Origin: the human T2T-CHM13v2.0 reference genome, Homo sapiens
Assembly (NCBI RefSeq): GCF_009914755.1
Contig: NC_060930.1
Reading direction: 5' to 3' (one strand)
Length of the DNA stretch: 64,000 bases
The notes below the pieces were generated by a model. The model was not told the origin of the DNA and made no database searches. It saw nothing but the letters and a program-made list of their open reading frames with translations. A program made the translations under genes and the position numbers. The first letter of the stretch is position 1. Each line of letters starts with the position of its first letter. Shown in pieces: positions 13,867 through 31,004 of this stretch.

Positions 13867-14799
13867 AGAAAACACAGCATGTGTGAGGGTTTAAAAATGT
13901 GGGGCAGGCTCAAGGGAGGCTTCCAGGAGGGATACCTGCACCTGGACTGGACACTGAGTGAGATGGGCGTGGGGGCAGGTCCTGTGAGGACACACCCTGC
14001 ACCCATGTCACAGAGTGGAATGTTAATCAGGACTAGACTTAAAATGCAATGAAAATGTTAACTCAATCAAACCTTATTTGGGGCTTTCGGTTGATGCTAC
14101 TGTTGTTAGAAATATCCTGATCAAGGATCACAGAAAAGGAGGACCAAATTCCTAAGCCTGGCTCTGCAGGGGACAGGGAAGGGAGAAAGGGAGGGAGGGC
14201 TGTTAAAGGTTCAGCCTTTCAAAACCACCTATGGGTGGGCATGAAGTTTGTGGGCTATTGGCCAGTCCTCAATTAACAGGTTGAAGTTATGGATGAGCTC
14301 AGAAAGAGTAGGGTCAATCCTATCAGTCCTTCGTACCTTAGTGTGAACTGCTTTCATCTCTTAGCTAAAATTAGCTGCCCAGATATTTTGGTTTTGGAAA
14401 GTAGGAATAGAGAGGAAATTTTGAAAAAGAGGTCATTTGAGAGCACCTGAGAAGCACTCCTAAATGAGGAGATGTCAAATAGCTAGGGACAATATGAGGC
14501 CAAAGGAGGAGGGGTTCTGAAAGTGAGGGCACAAGGCAAACAAACGTGTCCACAGCTCAGGTGGCCAGCTGGGGACCACAAAGACCGCCATTTGCCAGGG
14601 CTGACCTCGGTCATTTCCTATGAGCTTCCATACTTCTGTTTTAGAGGTCTAGAGTTAATGGTTGGGGGATTGCAGGTGGTTGTATAATGCATTGTAGTTG
14701 TTGGTTACATGACTGTCCTCTGAGCTCCACTGGGAGCTCTTTGCAGAAAAGGGCTCAGATTAAATGCGTATCTCAAAGCACACACTCTGCTGAAAGGGA

Positions 14800-14985
14800 G
14801 CGGCACATCCATCATTTTCTGTAATCCCCACAAAGCTTTATGCTATAGGTGTCATCTCTACCTTGGAAATTAGGTTCCAGGGGGCTGAGTAATCCCCAAG
14901 GTTCCTCAGTGTAGAGGCGGTAGTGCTAGGGTTCAAACCGGTTCTCCTGCATCTGAGCCCAGTGCTCCTTGCCCACGCCTCTGCT
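14800..14985 (-). mobile_element. MIR
   Basis: Degenerate MIR core and 'ctagggttcaaacc' B-box remnant. Confidence 0.5.
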
Positions 14986-16374
14986 CCCTGGATCTTCACT
15001 GAGAGCCTGCGGCAGGAAAGCTCTGTTCCTCTGCTGAGTGAACGCTGGCTCCTTCCACAATCACTCAGGCTTTGAGGGTAGGCTGGCTGTGAGACTTTGA
15101 AGAAGCCTAAGTTTAAAATAAATGTTTAATGTTTTTTCCCCAAATTCTGAAATTGCTTTTGCAGAACCTAAAGGAACCAATCTTCCTTGCTGTTGTGTAC
15201 AACTGCTCTTCAGCTCACTGTAAAACCAGGCAGAGGGAGGACTTCCAGGAACGCGTCTCCTTCTAGCTCTCCGCTTTGGCTCAGTAATTTCAGTAGCCAT
15301 CATGACAAATGCATCATTTATGCAGAACATTTGGGGGCTTCAAATTTCTAAACTGTTATCCTAATAAAAGCACACCATCAGTTGTTTAACCTGCTTTCAG
15401 AGGAATGCAGTTCGTCTCAGGATGACACACGCACGCAAGCACAAACATGCTTCCTGATGAAGTGCAGAGTGGCTGGCAAACTTGAAGCCCTGGGAAAATC
15501 TTAGGAAAAGCACTGAACTTTTCATATGTTTAAATATGGTGGAAATGCCCACCTACAGTTCGTTGCTCTTTTTAAGGTTTTTAGCAAGGAGCAGGCAAAT
15601 CAGGAGGCCTGGCCCTCCTTCTCTCACTAACTCATCCCTGTTGGGAGATACTTCCCCAGTGGCCTCCGGAACCTTGTGAAGGGAACGTACAATTCTGCAG
15701 AGCAGGTTCCATCAGAAGATAATTCCCTTCCTTGTCTTGAAACCCTACAAGCTGGGGCTTTGTGGCTCTTTGCAGCTGGCTGTGGGCTGGGTAACAGCAG
15801 AGGCCCCACCTGTTTCATTTGAGTTTCACTCAAAAGGCTTGCCCAGGTCATGCTTACAAAAAGGGAGGATAAAGAGGTCTCCATCAAACGCTCACATGCA
15901 AGAGATGCCTACAGAGAGGCGGGAGGGCCTGGCTGCCAAAGCCACTCTCACATGCTGCACGGACAGGAGGAAACTCCTCAGAACAGCTGCTAAGTCACCC
16001 TTGGGACACAAACAGCAGCTGACTGGTAGTGCCACCTCTAGGTGGCTTCTCCCTGCCCAAATGGTACTAGCACCATTCCCACGGCCTCCTTATCAGCCCT
16101 AGGGAGTGAGTCCCAGAAGCTGTAGGGCCACACAGGGGCCACAACTCTCTAGGGCCAGGGATCCCTGCCCCTAACAAATGGTAACCCCCTCCCCACACTC
16201 CTCCCATCACTCCTGCTTCCTACCCCAAAAATTTTGAAAAGAAAAAGAAGGAAACTTGCCTAGCTTATAAATAAGTCAAGACTTTTCAATGGCTGCCCTG
16301 ATTCTGCCAATCAACTTTTAAATATTAGAACAGAGGGGTAGCCAGGAGTGGAAAGGATTGACAATGTTCAGCTT

Positions 16375-16795
16375 ATAATGTGCACAGCAGTCTAAGCATA
16401 ATCACCACAGGCTGGAAACAACCCAGCGTCCATCACCAATGGAGAGAGAAACACAGTGTGGTCTACCCATGCAGTGGAATATGGCTCAGCAACAAACAGG
16501 AACAACTATCAATGTGCACAGTACCATTCAGGAATCCAGGGATGAGACTGACACGGCGGACCACAGGCCTCCTTCATATAACCTTCCAGAATAGGCAAAA
16601 CCATGCTATGGGGATAGATATTAACGCAGCGGTTGCCTAAGGGGTGGGCTGACTGGAGAATTCACTAGGGTGAAGGAAATACCTTAATTTAGGGGGTGGT
16701 TGATGGGCATATATACAAGTCAAAACCTACTAAGCTATACACTTAACATCTGTCCATTTTACTATGTGGTCATTATACCTCCACTTTAAAAAATC
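16375..16795 (+). mobile_element. L1ME 3' fragment
   Basis: 'ctggaaacaaccc..tccatca', 'tatacacttaa.atctgt.cattttact'. Confidence 0.7.
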
Positions 16796-16802
16796 TGTGA
16801 AA

Positions 16803-17451
<649 letters not shown>

Positions 17452-18038
17452 TCAATTTTTTGTTCCTCCAACAGCACAAGGTCAGGCAGCAGAACGGAGG
17501 AGACGCGAGGGGTGTGGCCAATCCACCAACGGAATAACCGCAATGCCTGGATCAACCTCCAGGAGAGGGGGCATTTGATCGTATCCTCCCTTGTGCTTAG
17601 GAAATAGATCTCTAGGCCAAGAACTCAGAAAAGAGATGTGAACGATTCCCACAGATGCTATGTCAAGGCCTGAGGTTCTTAGCAGGTGTGCTTATGGGCT
17701 GCCTGTCAGTTCCAAACAGGAGTCTGACTGTCACTATATCAAAGGCAAGAAAAACAGCCCCAACCCATCCACACTGCTCCATAGAAACCTGGGCGGAGAA
17801 CCCAGGCAACAAGGGTGCTGGAAGCGGCTGCTGGGAGTGAAGGACCCATGCTGGAAGTCCCCTACCCAGAGGGGCAGTGTGCAGGGGCTGGGATTCAGGC
17901 TGCTGGGGTCCAAATCTCAGCTCCAGCAGGTGGCTTAGCTTAGCTATAAGCCACAGAGAAGCCAACTTCTCAGGGGGCTGTCAGGATTCAGCCACGGCAT
18001 CTGTAAAACACTCAGCCCAGCCAACCTGCAGCAATGAA

Positions 18039-18177
18039 CTCTTCCTCCCCTCCCTTCCCTCTCCCTTCCTCATCTCTTCCTCCTGTTTCTCCCCACTTTC
18101 CCTCTCTTCCACCATCCCTGCTCCCCTTCCCCTCTCCGTCTCCCTTTTCCCCCTTTCCTTTCCCTCCTCCTCCCCTA
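18039..18177 (+). repeat. CT-rich low-complexity tract
   Basis: ~140 nt almost entirely C/T. Confidence 0.85.
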
Positions 18178-18454
18178 TGATGGGGACCCACACTCCCACC
18201 CCTGTTCCCAGCTACCTCTCCTGCAGTGGTGGGACCTGCCCTTCCCTCTAGTACCTGCAGCCTTCTGTCACCACCTGGATTGTGAACACGGCAGCCAACT
18301 CCTATGGAAGTTCTGGCAGCTGCCCTCACTTGCACATCTGATTTACAACAGACAGACTGGACGGAAAGCCCACTTACTGCAGAAGTGACATGAGAACACA
18401 CTCAGCCCATGCTCCAGAGATGCGACTGCCTCCCTTCTCCCTGAAGGGACCCTG

Positions 18455-18820
18455 GGCAGGTTGAAGTGTGTCCACCCTGCCCCTAACAAGATATGCTGGA
18501 ATCCAAACCCCAGAACCTCAAAATGTGACCCTGTTTGGAAATAGGGTTTTTACAGAGATGATTAAAGTTAAAGTAAGGTCTCTAGGGCGGGCCCTAATCC
18601 AAGGTGACTGGTGTCCTTACAAGGAGAGATGAGGACACAGACACACACAGAGGGAGGACCACGTGGGGACAGAGGGAGAAGACGCCATCTGCAAGCCAAG
18701 GAGAGAGAACTCAGGAGAAACTGACCCTGCCCACACCTGGATCTAGGACCTCCAACTTCCAAACCTGTAACAGAATACATTTCTGTGGTATTTGTTACAC
18801 AGCCCAGCAAGCTAATACAG
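18455..18820 (+). mobile_element. MLT1A-type MaLR solo LTR
   Basis: 'aatgtgacc.tgtttggaaatagggt', 'gacacagacacacacagaggga', 'gccatctgcaagccaaggagagag'; ends ctaataca. Confidence 0.88.
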
Positions 18821-18849
18821 CGTGAGAATGAAGCCAGGGCAGAGGATGA

Positions 18850-19257
<408 letters not shown>

Positions 19258-20159
19258 TGACTGACCCCTCAAGCTTTCAAACTCTTCGCAGTCTTGTGCC
19301 ATTCTCTCCTCCTAACTGAAATAAGTGTCTTCTCCCGCTCCTTCCCGTTACAGGGCGCACATCCCAGGGATTCCCAACTCTCTCTTCCCTATCTCCATGC
19401 ACCGTGCACCGCTCTGCCAGGCTATTTTGGCCCCGCCTCTGTCTCCTGGGACCACCTGTTCTCCAAGCACACTCACAGATCCATCCTCCCTGTCTCCTGC
19501 AGCTCCCAGCACAGTGCTGTGCACAAAGTATCAGCTCAATAAACATCTGAATGTTAACACACTGCTCAGGACATGCCTGGTGCAGTATTTTCCCCACATA
19601 ATTTTGAACTATAAGACTAGACCACTGTGTTTGCTATATAGATTCAAACAGATCGCAAAAGAAAGGCTGCTGTGTGTCGTTGCTTCCCCGTACTCAAGGA
19701 GAAAATGCCTTCTGAAGACTTAAAAACTTCTTTTCAGTAAGATGATCCATACATCCTCAGTCTGTAAATTGCCTGGTAACCTTCTGCTGTCAAAGGTCAT
19801 TTCAGCTTCGCAAAAACTGCTGTTAAAAATGAGATTCATCATCAAAGTTGCCGTTGGCTTTCCTCACCACCCTCCCATTGGTCACTTATCTAAGACTCTG
19901 CCCCAAAAGAACTATAGTTATAAACGATGAACAACAAGAAGGCAAACGAGAAATGAATTAAACAGTGAAACCATTTGCTTATACTTAAACCACATTATCA
20001 GCAAACACATAAAACCAAAAAAAAACCCCAAAACAAAACAAAACCACACACATCAAAATTCCCTCATAGTCTTGACAATATCCACTTTTGACAAGTTGTT
20101 TCTTATGGGACTTCCCAGAAAAATATTACAAATAAGTCTTCTTTTAAAATGAAATAATA

Positions 20160-20687
<528 letters not shown>

Positions 20688-21799
20688 TGAAGATTTTGAT
20701 GACTCCAGAAAATAGAATTCCAGAAACCGGTAAGCCCCAGACAGGCTCCTGTGGGAACCCATCACCTTCTTGCATTTCACTCCCTCTAGCCAGATGGGCT
20801 CCAATCGAACATCTTTGTTGCCTGCTTGAAAGTAGCTCTGAGAGTCAGACATGGGCCCCTGCCAGGACACCCAGCTAAGTCTCCCCTGCCACCACCATTG
20901 ACAGCCGTGTGCTAGAGGCACCAAGAACATCAAGAACACTCCAAAAGGAAGACAACGCTACCAAGTCCAGGGCCAAGAGAGTGAGACAAGGCAGACAGTG
21001 CTGCGATCATGTAAGCAGGACCCATCCTGCTGGGGAAGGGGTCACTCTGGATACCCAAGGGGGCCCCGGCCAGCAGTCCAGCTAATACCTAGCACACTCA
21101 CTTTCGGAGCCGGCAAAGCCACGAGGTGCCTGCCTTGGCACAGGTAGCAGATGTTTCACTGGGACTAGATGATCCATCAGACTTGCTGCCTGGGCCCCTG
21201 GCGGGAACCAGCCTGATCTATTACTCAGCAAACGTAAACAGTGCTTACGTTCAGCTCCGGCCTCCAGCACTTGGTGTCTGTGTCCCACGGGAGAGCTCCA
21301 GTTTCCTGCTGCTGACAACACTATAAAACCACCGTAATAGGAATTAATTATGGAAAAGGCTAGTTTGAATTAGAGACATTTTGAAAATAAGTACCTTTTA
21401 CTTCCAAACAAACGTTTCCTTTTCTAGTAATTAACCGTTATTCTAAGTAGAGGTTCAAAGGACCTACTTCAAGGAGTGACTTGGTCATTAGCAACATTCA
21501 TTCCTGTATAAATATACTATGGCCCTTTTCCCAAACATGCTTTCCTAGGTGGGCTAAACGTGCCTGCTGCCTGCTGAGCTTTGTTTATTCCATAATGAGC
21601 TCAGCAAACCCTTTCTTCACAGAGGGCAGGGAACCGTGGCTGCCTTGTGGGAATTCCCAGCAGGATGAAACACCCTCAGCCTGAACACCCATGTGTCCCG
21701 TACTGTGGGTTAAAGAGCAGAGGTCCCACTGTCCCACCCCACAGGCTTGGCCATCTGTTGGGTGTGGTCAGGAAATACAATGAGTGTTTTTATTAGTCT

Positions 21800-22085
21800 A
21801 GACCGGGGTTTCTCAAACTTGCCGTATTTGGGGCCGGATCTGACCGGGGTTTCTCAAACTTGCCGTATTTGGGGCCGGATCTGGGGCCGGATCATCCCTT
21901 GTGGTGTGGACAGTCCTGTGCCCTGTAGGATGTTTAGCAGTACCCCTGCCTCTACCCACCAGGCGCCAGTAGCACCCTCCCCCCATGCCCCCAAAGGTGT
22001 GACAACAACGACAAAAATGTCTCCAGACATTGCCGAATGTCCTCTGGGAGCAAAATCATACCCCGTGGAAAGTGTCCAGAGAACT
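21800..22085 (-). mobile_element. MER20 DNA transposon with a tandem duplication at one end
   Basis: 'ggatgtttagcag..ccct.cctctaccca', 'aaaaatgtctccagacattgcc.aatgtcc'. Confidence 0.88.
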
Positions 22086-23012
22086 TCTTTTAAACGATGG
22101 ATGCTGGGGTCCTACAGGCATTTCTGAAAGTTCCCCAGGGTGACTCTAAGTGCACCGGAGCCACTGCAGCCCTGGATGAAGATGGGCCCGTTCCACGTGA
22201 AGAAAAGGCTCTGTGACCTACCTAAAGGTCTGAACAGCAGTGGTTTAAAGACATAATCAACTCCAGAGCCCAGTATGATCCACCCAAGTTTGATTAGTTG
22301 CCATTTCAGATAAGCTACATAACTCTTCTTAATCTTCAATAGCTCACTGAAATGTGACTTTAGGTTTGAGCCAACTTACGAATCTGTCCTCTTTTATTCT
22401 TGTCATCTTAGAATTAAGCCATCCAACCTCACTCAAATGAGAGCAAAACCCTTTCGCCACCTCCTTACTGGCACCATGCAGGAAGTGTTTACAGAGTACC
22501 TGCTAGGCCCAGGGGCTGAGGATATATATTCAGGCCAGGACAGCAGGGGTGGGAAACGGGAAGGGAGGAAGAGGGAGCCAAGAAGGTCTGAAGGAGGCAA
22601 CAGGATGGAGGGGTGGACTCTGGGCTGAAAGAAGAGCATGGGGGAACACAGCATTGTTTGGGAAATAAACAAATCGGTGGGTGGAGCTCTGGGGTCCCTG
22701 TGGGGATGATGGGGATGGAGGCAGGAGAGGCAGGCAGAGACCGTGAAACCTACCACCCAGGCCCAACTTCACCTTAAAGGTCATGGAGAGCCACGGAGGA
22801 TTTGAAGCAAGGGAGTGATAAAGAGCCACTCAGCTAGGGTCCAAGGACCAAAACACTGGGATTTAGGGAAAAGGCACAGATAAGATCAGGTACCACAAGA
22901 GAGGGCCAGTCCAGCAGGTTGGGGAATGCACAGGCCTAGGGCTTCAGGGAACTATCCCGGGTGCAGATACAGATCAGAGCTGCCCTGCTCAGGGTCCATG
23001 CTGGAGCTCTGC

Positions 23013-23905
<893 letters not shown>

Positions 23906-24759
23906 CTACCACAGTTTTGTGATGGGGGCTCGTTCAGGTGGTTTTCAAGAGGCATTGAGTAACATGGGTGTGTCCTGGAGGTACAGCGCCTCAGGGGCTG
24001 GCTTGAGGGGCTGTGGACAGACCCTTTGGGTGGACACGAGCCCTTCTCTCCTGGATCTCTCCCATCAAGTCCTAAAATCTCGTTCTTCCATCATTTCCTT
24101 ACTTACAAAGTTCAGGAGACTCATTGTCTACTGGGGGAAAAAAATCAAGCTATGCCGAAGGCTGACTCTATGGCTTTGTAGGGGGGCCTTGCAGGGTCAG
24201 GACCCATGCCCTCCTCTAGGCCACGTCCTCTCTGCACTCTGCACATGTCCCTTCCCCACCTTCATCAGCTCCTCACAGAAGAGGTCCTCTCTCAATCCTT
24301 TCAACTGCTCAAACCCAAGCCCTCCTTGGGGATAGCTCAGATGCCACAGCCCCCTGGGCTTCCCTGCCCACTGACGGAAGCGACTCCTCTGCGCCCCTGC
24401 ACCTTGTCCTGTTCTTGGGCCAAGGCACCTCACAGTGCACTGCACCTGCCCTCCTGGGATGTGCTCGGTTCACCCCCCACCCTCAGCTCCCATTCCCTGC
24501 CCCGCTCATCCTGTGCCGCATGCCAGGGATATTCAATTTCCCAACCGTCTCCGGCTACATGAGGAGCTCCCTTCTCCAGGGCAGACACGATCTTCTACCC
24601 ATCTGTGACACCAGCCCAGGGCAGATGTTCTGAGAGGAAGACAGGGACACCACGCAAGCAGCTGCAGCACTGCCTCTGAAGGGGAGGGCACGGGAGGGAT
24701 GGAGGGATTGTCCGGAACTGTCTTCAAGAAGGAGGGCATCACCCAAGTTCCCAGCCGCA

Positions 24760-25215
24760 CATGCACCATAGCCAAGGGGTAGAGGCGACCCAAGTGTCTG
24801 CCGATGGGTGAACAAACAAACAGAATGTGGTGCAGGCACACAATGGCGTATTCCTCAGTCTAAGGCAGGCAGGAAACGCTCACACACGCTACCACATGGA
24901 TGAGCCTTGAAGACATCACGCTGAGCGACATGAGCCAGTCACAAAAGGACAAATGCTCTATTTATATGAGGTACCCGGAGTAAGCAAATTCAAAGAGGCA
25001 GAAGGTAGCGTGGGGTTGCCAGAGGAGGGGAATGGGGAGCTGGGGTTTCATGGGGACAGTTTCAGTTTGGGAAGATGGAATTGTTCTGGAGATGGATGAT
25101 GGTGCCAGCTGCACAACAATGAGGATGCACCTAAAGCCACAGAACTGTACACTGAAAAATGGCTAAAATAGTACATTTTATAATTTATAGTTTTACCACA
25201 ATTACAAATAAAGAC
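24760..25215 (+). mobile_element. L1MB 3' end
   Basis: Same L1MB hallmarks as 12330-12845. Confidence 0.85.
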
Positions 25216-27799
25216 AAGTTTTAAAAAGAGTAGGACAAAGACTATCCGCTTACTGCAGACGCTAAAGTATATCCATCTGAGAACAGTGGAGTTCCTCAAC
25301 ACATAGCAATCAAGGGCGCCCAATTTGTAAAGCATCTTGTAAACACATGCAAAAGGCAGCTTTTCATCTAATCTGGGAGGAAACACTCCATAGTGCAAAT
25401 TACGATGCTAAGTACAAAACCCGTCCATAATACAATATGACCACTGGGATGCTTGTGGCTGTTTTAAGCCAGCATTATCTCCTTTGCACCTATTTTTAAA
25501 ATGATTCTAAGAAATAAATCACGACTGTTAGCTAGTTGAATTAAATTACATAAAGGATTGACCCTCCTCCCCACTTTATTTAAAAAAAAAAAAACACCTG
25601 ATAAACACTTAACTAGCATTCCTACGACTTAACATCCTTAACCACACATCTCTGTGACTCAGCTCTTTGGTTCTCTGTTCAGATAAGTAAAGCAACTGTC
25701 TCAACTTTGAGAGAGCGGCATTTTCAAATGGAAGACTGCTCCCTGGCTCCTTCATGCCATTGCACACCTTGAGCTAACCAAACATCCCAAACAAAATTGC
25801 TCAGGGCTCTGTAAAGCTGTTCCCTGGGAAAAGTAGGCCCTCAAAAAGTGTGTTTTGCTTTTTACCAAAAGAAATCTAGAAAAAGACATGAAATACAATG
25901 GAGGAGAGGCAGAGAAGTTACTGAGAAACAAGGAAGACAGACTGGGAAAGGCTTGGGGAAACCCTTGCCTAGCTCTGCAGTGGTGACAACACACTTTGTC
26001 AACAAGGGACTCTGCATTTTTATTTTCCACGGGGACCTGCGAATTATGTAGCTGGCCCTGACTAGAAGAAATGTTTGGAAAGCAGGAGACTGGCCCTGTG
26101 TGAAGGCAGGGGTGGGAGTGACAATTGGCAACACTGTGTTGGTGACTGTCCAACGGCTCCTTTCAAGATCCCTGGGTGATCTGGAGCTAATATCTAAGGC
26201 CATGTTTAATTATTCCTAGAAGAGAAGCCTCAGGAGGTATGTTCCTGCTAATTCCACACTCAGCTCAAGTAGCCAGCAGGTGAGTTACATCCTGAGTCTC
26301 TGGGAGGGAAAAGAATACTTTGTTTAAAGCATTTAGTGGTTAAATCATCAATACTCAATTACCCTCAATTAATTGCCAGAAACATCTGCCTATAACCCCT
26401 TCCACCCCAGCTTGAAGAACAGCAGGAACCATATCCTGTCACACCGTTTGAAGGAGTCCCCAGCCCTGCGTAACCTCACTCCCTGCTCCAAAACCTCCTT
26501 TCCCTCACCCCAATCCATGCTGGGAATCAGATTTGCACCCAGGAAGCTGGAGTTGGACAGAGAGATGCTGACCTCTGTGTTGGCCGTTGCTTGACCAGGG
26601 ATCACATGAGCAAAAGCATCAGGCGAAGCCAGTTTGAAGTGGGAACCGAGCTCACTTCTGGAGAATGGGATGAGAAGATATAGCTTCTGAGTGTCCTAAA
26701 AGACACTCCCCACCCCACTTTGTGATCTCAGATCCCACCTTCCACCTGCTGCCCTGCATCTTTCCAAGAAATTCCTTTTATATTTTGTTAATGTAATTTA
26801 AATTTGTTTTAGTTACTTGTAGCCAAAAGAGACCGAAGAGAGGTCTGACAGGATACAATACCATGCAGATGCCATGGGTGGGCGCGTGCTGGCGGTATCC
26901 TCTCACAGCAATGGTTTATTTTAGAGGAATCCACTTCATGCACTCAACAGCCCCTGCCCTTTCCCAGACAAATAGGTCCCTGTCAATCTCTAAATCACTT
27001 GTGTGGAGGGAGATCTGCTCATCAATAGTGACACAAAGAACAAAACAACTAAACCCCAGCCTGCAGAAGATTAAGGTTTCTACAATACTGAGGTCAAAGT
27101 CCATGGCATCCCATAAAATCTCAGCTGCAAGTGGGAAGGGGCCCCAGCCCTTTCTCCAGTTTTCAACTTGCCCCTACGTTTGCTCTCTGAGCTCTGCTGC
27201 TATGAGCTCAAAGTCACCAACAACTCGTCTCTCAAATTCCACTCTCTCTGAGCCATATGTTCACGCAGCACACCCAAGCCAGGCTTTCAAACACATGCAG
27301 CTCATCTTCCACTCAATGGCATAAACTCAGATTTCTGGCCTGAGAACTCCAGGAGGCAGTGAAGCGCCAGGCAGAGCCCCACTCTCCCGGCCTTGGCTAA
27401 CCAGGCCTTGGCTACCCAGGAAGGTCCCCTGGCTTTCTGATCCCGGCCTCTCTCTGAGCCCTGTGGCCCGGTGACCTGTTTTGTTTTCAGGTTGGAACTT
27501 AAACACATAAACCCTGTAGAGGGTGCTTTTTGGTGGGGCTCCTCCCATCACCCTGGATGCAGGCTTCCTGTCTGAAGGGCATACCTGGCTCCGAACATCA
27601 TCGGTTTCTGGGTGAAGGCGGCAGACACCTGGCAGCGCCCAAGGAATAAATCGCCCTTCCAGGTGTGGCCTTCAGCTCCTCCCCCCTCAAAGTGCTTCTC
27701 AGACGACTCATCCCGGTCGTCCTCACCCCACCAAGGGGAGGAAGGAAGGCACCTGAGGCTTCCAGGGTGGGGGCTGTTTGCCAGGTACGTGGGGGTGGG

Positions 27800-27955
27800 G
27801 CACGCTTCCCAGTGTTCTGCGTCTGTCCTCACAATGGCCCTCAAGGTCAGGCAGCACTGACCGCATTCTACCATTGAGGAAACAGGTGCAGTAATGCTCT
27901 GGGAGAGAGACCCATGACAAGTGGCAGAGTTGGGGCTGCAAGCCAGGCCTGCCAC
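27800..27955 (-). mobile_element. MIR
   Basis: 'tcctcacaat..ccct..aggt', 'tgaggaaacagg', 'agtggcagagttggg'. Confidence 0.55.
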
Positions 27956-27965
27956 TCTTGCCCCC

Positions 27966-28265
27966 CTTTATTTTTTTTTTTTGAGACAGAGTCTCACTGT
28001 GTCCCCCAGGCTGGAGTGCAATGGCGCCATCTTGGCTCACTGCAACTTCCGCCTCCCAGGTTCAAGCAATTGTCCTGCCTCAGCCTCCTGAGTAGCTGGG
28101 ATTACAGGCACGCACCACCATACCCAGCTAATTTTTGTATTTTTAGTAGAGACCAGGGTTTCACCATGTTGGCCAGCTGGTCTCAAAACTCCTGACCTCA
28201 GGGGATCCACCTGCCTCGGCCTCCCGAAGTGCTGGGATTACAGGCATGAGCCACTGTGCCCGGCC
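27966..28265 (-). mobile_element. AluSx-like
   Basis: TSD actcttgccc. Confidence 0.95.
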
Positions 28266-29759
28266 ACTCTTGCCCTTTTCATGACATCAAGTTCAGATGA
28301 GTTCAGACATTTATGGTGTTAACCTCATAAAGTCAAAGAGCTTCAGGAGGGGAGAGAGATGGGCATCCTTCCAACCAGGGTCCAGTGAGGGCTTGGATAA
28401 GGGGACAGCTGGTTGCCGTCCTTCAGATGGAGACTGAGCTGACCTGAGGGATGAGCAGGAACCAAGGGGCTGAAGGAAGGAGGGAAGGGGCTCGAGCAAG
28501 TGGAATAGCATGAGCAAGGCACAAGGCAGTGAGAGAGACCGGGCTGGGAACTATTAATATATACAAGATGCCCCCTACAACAAGGAGGGGTGGCAGGGGA
28601 GGAGAGGAAAGACATGTGGGGCTCAGGGCTGAGGGCACCCTTGATGGGTGCTGCAGTGATGGGGAGCCATGGAAGGCTTCAAGCAGGGAAGTGATGTGGG
28701 CAGGTTTCCATCTTATTTTCTGTCTCTCGGGCCTGTGGTGTTAAAAGCAGCAAGACAAGATGGGGGCCTGGCTAGCCGGGACTAAGAAGACAGAGAGTAG
28801 AGAAATCTGCCCAGAGAGGTGTTCTGCGGAAGTCCACCCATGCAAAGCCACAGCTGAACTGTCCAGAAACCCAAACATACAGCAACCACCATTCTCAAGC
28901 ACAACGGGAGGGTCACCTCTGAAAGGCCAGCGCCAGGGAGAAGTCACAAAGGGTGGGAGCCCCTGCCAGCCCTTCCCAGCCCCTCTCCCATGGTAAGGGC
29001 CACTCTGGGGCAGAGGATAAGGAGAACTGAATTCAAACCCTAATAGGTTGGTGGCTTTGGACAAGCCAATGGCCCTCCAGCTCAGCCTTCTCATCTAAAC
29101 TGAAGGCTTGGACTAGATAATCATATTAAACATGGCCACGCCCAGGACAATCTTTTACCTAGACTAAGCAATTAGCAAAGGCAAAGCCAGCTGAATTTGA
29201 AGGCAAATTCTAGCCCCATGGTTTCACATATCTGGGTCTTTCAGCTGTGTGGAAACTTAATTAGCATCCTCCCTTGTTGAGTAGGAGGGCCAGAGAAAAT
29301 GGCAGAACACGCCAAAGGCCCCGAGTTTTCTATCGACAGCCCTGGGAACAGGCTCAGGCCCCCTTGTCTGGCCTCTGAGCTTCCAGTAGGACTTCCCACT
29401 ATTCATCCCCAGAACCCCTGCGCAGGCCAGCATGTCTGCTTCCCAAACAGGCCCAATTTCCTCCAGAACCTCTGGTCAGGCTGCCTTTCCCTGTCAAAAG
29501 CTCTCCTCCCTCCCCTCTGCCTATGGGTGGCTACAGAGCCCCAAGTCTCCATCGTACGTGCGGTGTTTGGGCCCAGGCCCTCGTCTCACTCCACATGCCC
29601 TCCATTGAAGCCCTCCATTCCCAAGGCCTCACCTCAGCTGGCTAAGGGCATCTCCCTGGTATCTCCCGAGAGTGTCTGCCTCCCCGTCAGCCCTGGGGGA
29701 GTTATCAGCATCTTCTACAGGCCTCGCTGGCTTTCTCCTGTACACTCAGCACAGCCTCC

Positions 29760-30653
<894 letters not shown>

Positions 30654-30661
30654 TCTCTCTC

Positions 30662-30970
<309 letters not shown>

Positions 30971-31004
30971 AAAAAAATTTTTTCAAGTGGTCCAGGGTCA
31001 CACT

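Noticed and set aside
21801-21893. Direct repeats here and at 6618/6889 as a possible CRISPR-like array
   Set aside because: Only two copies each, no regular unique spacers, no cas genes, eukaryotic context.
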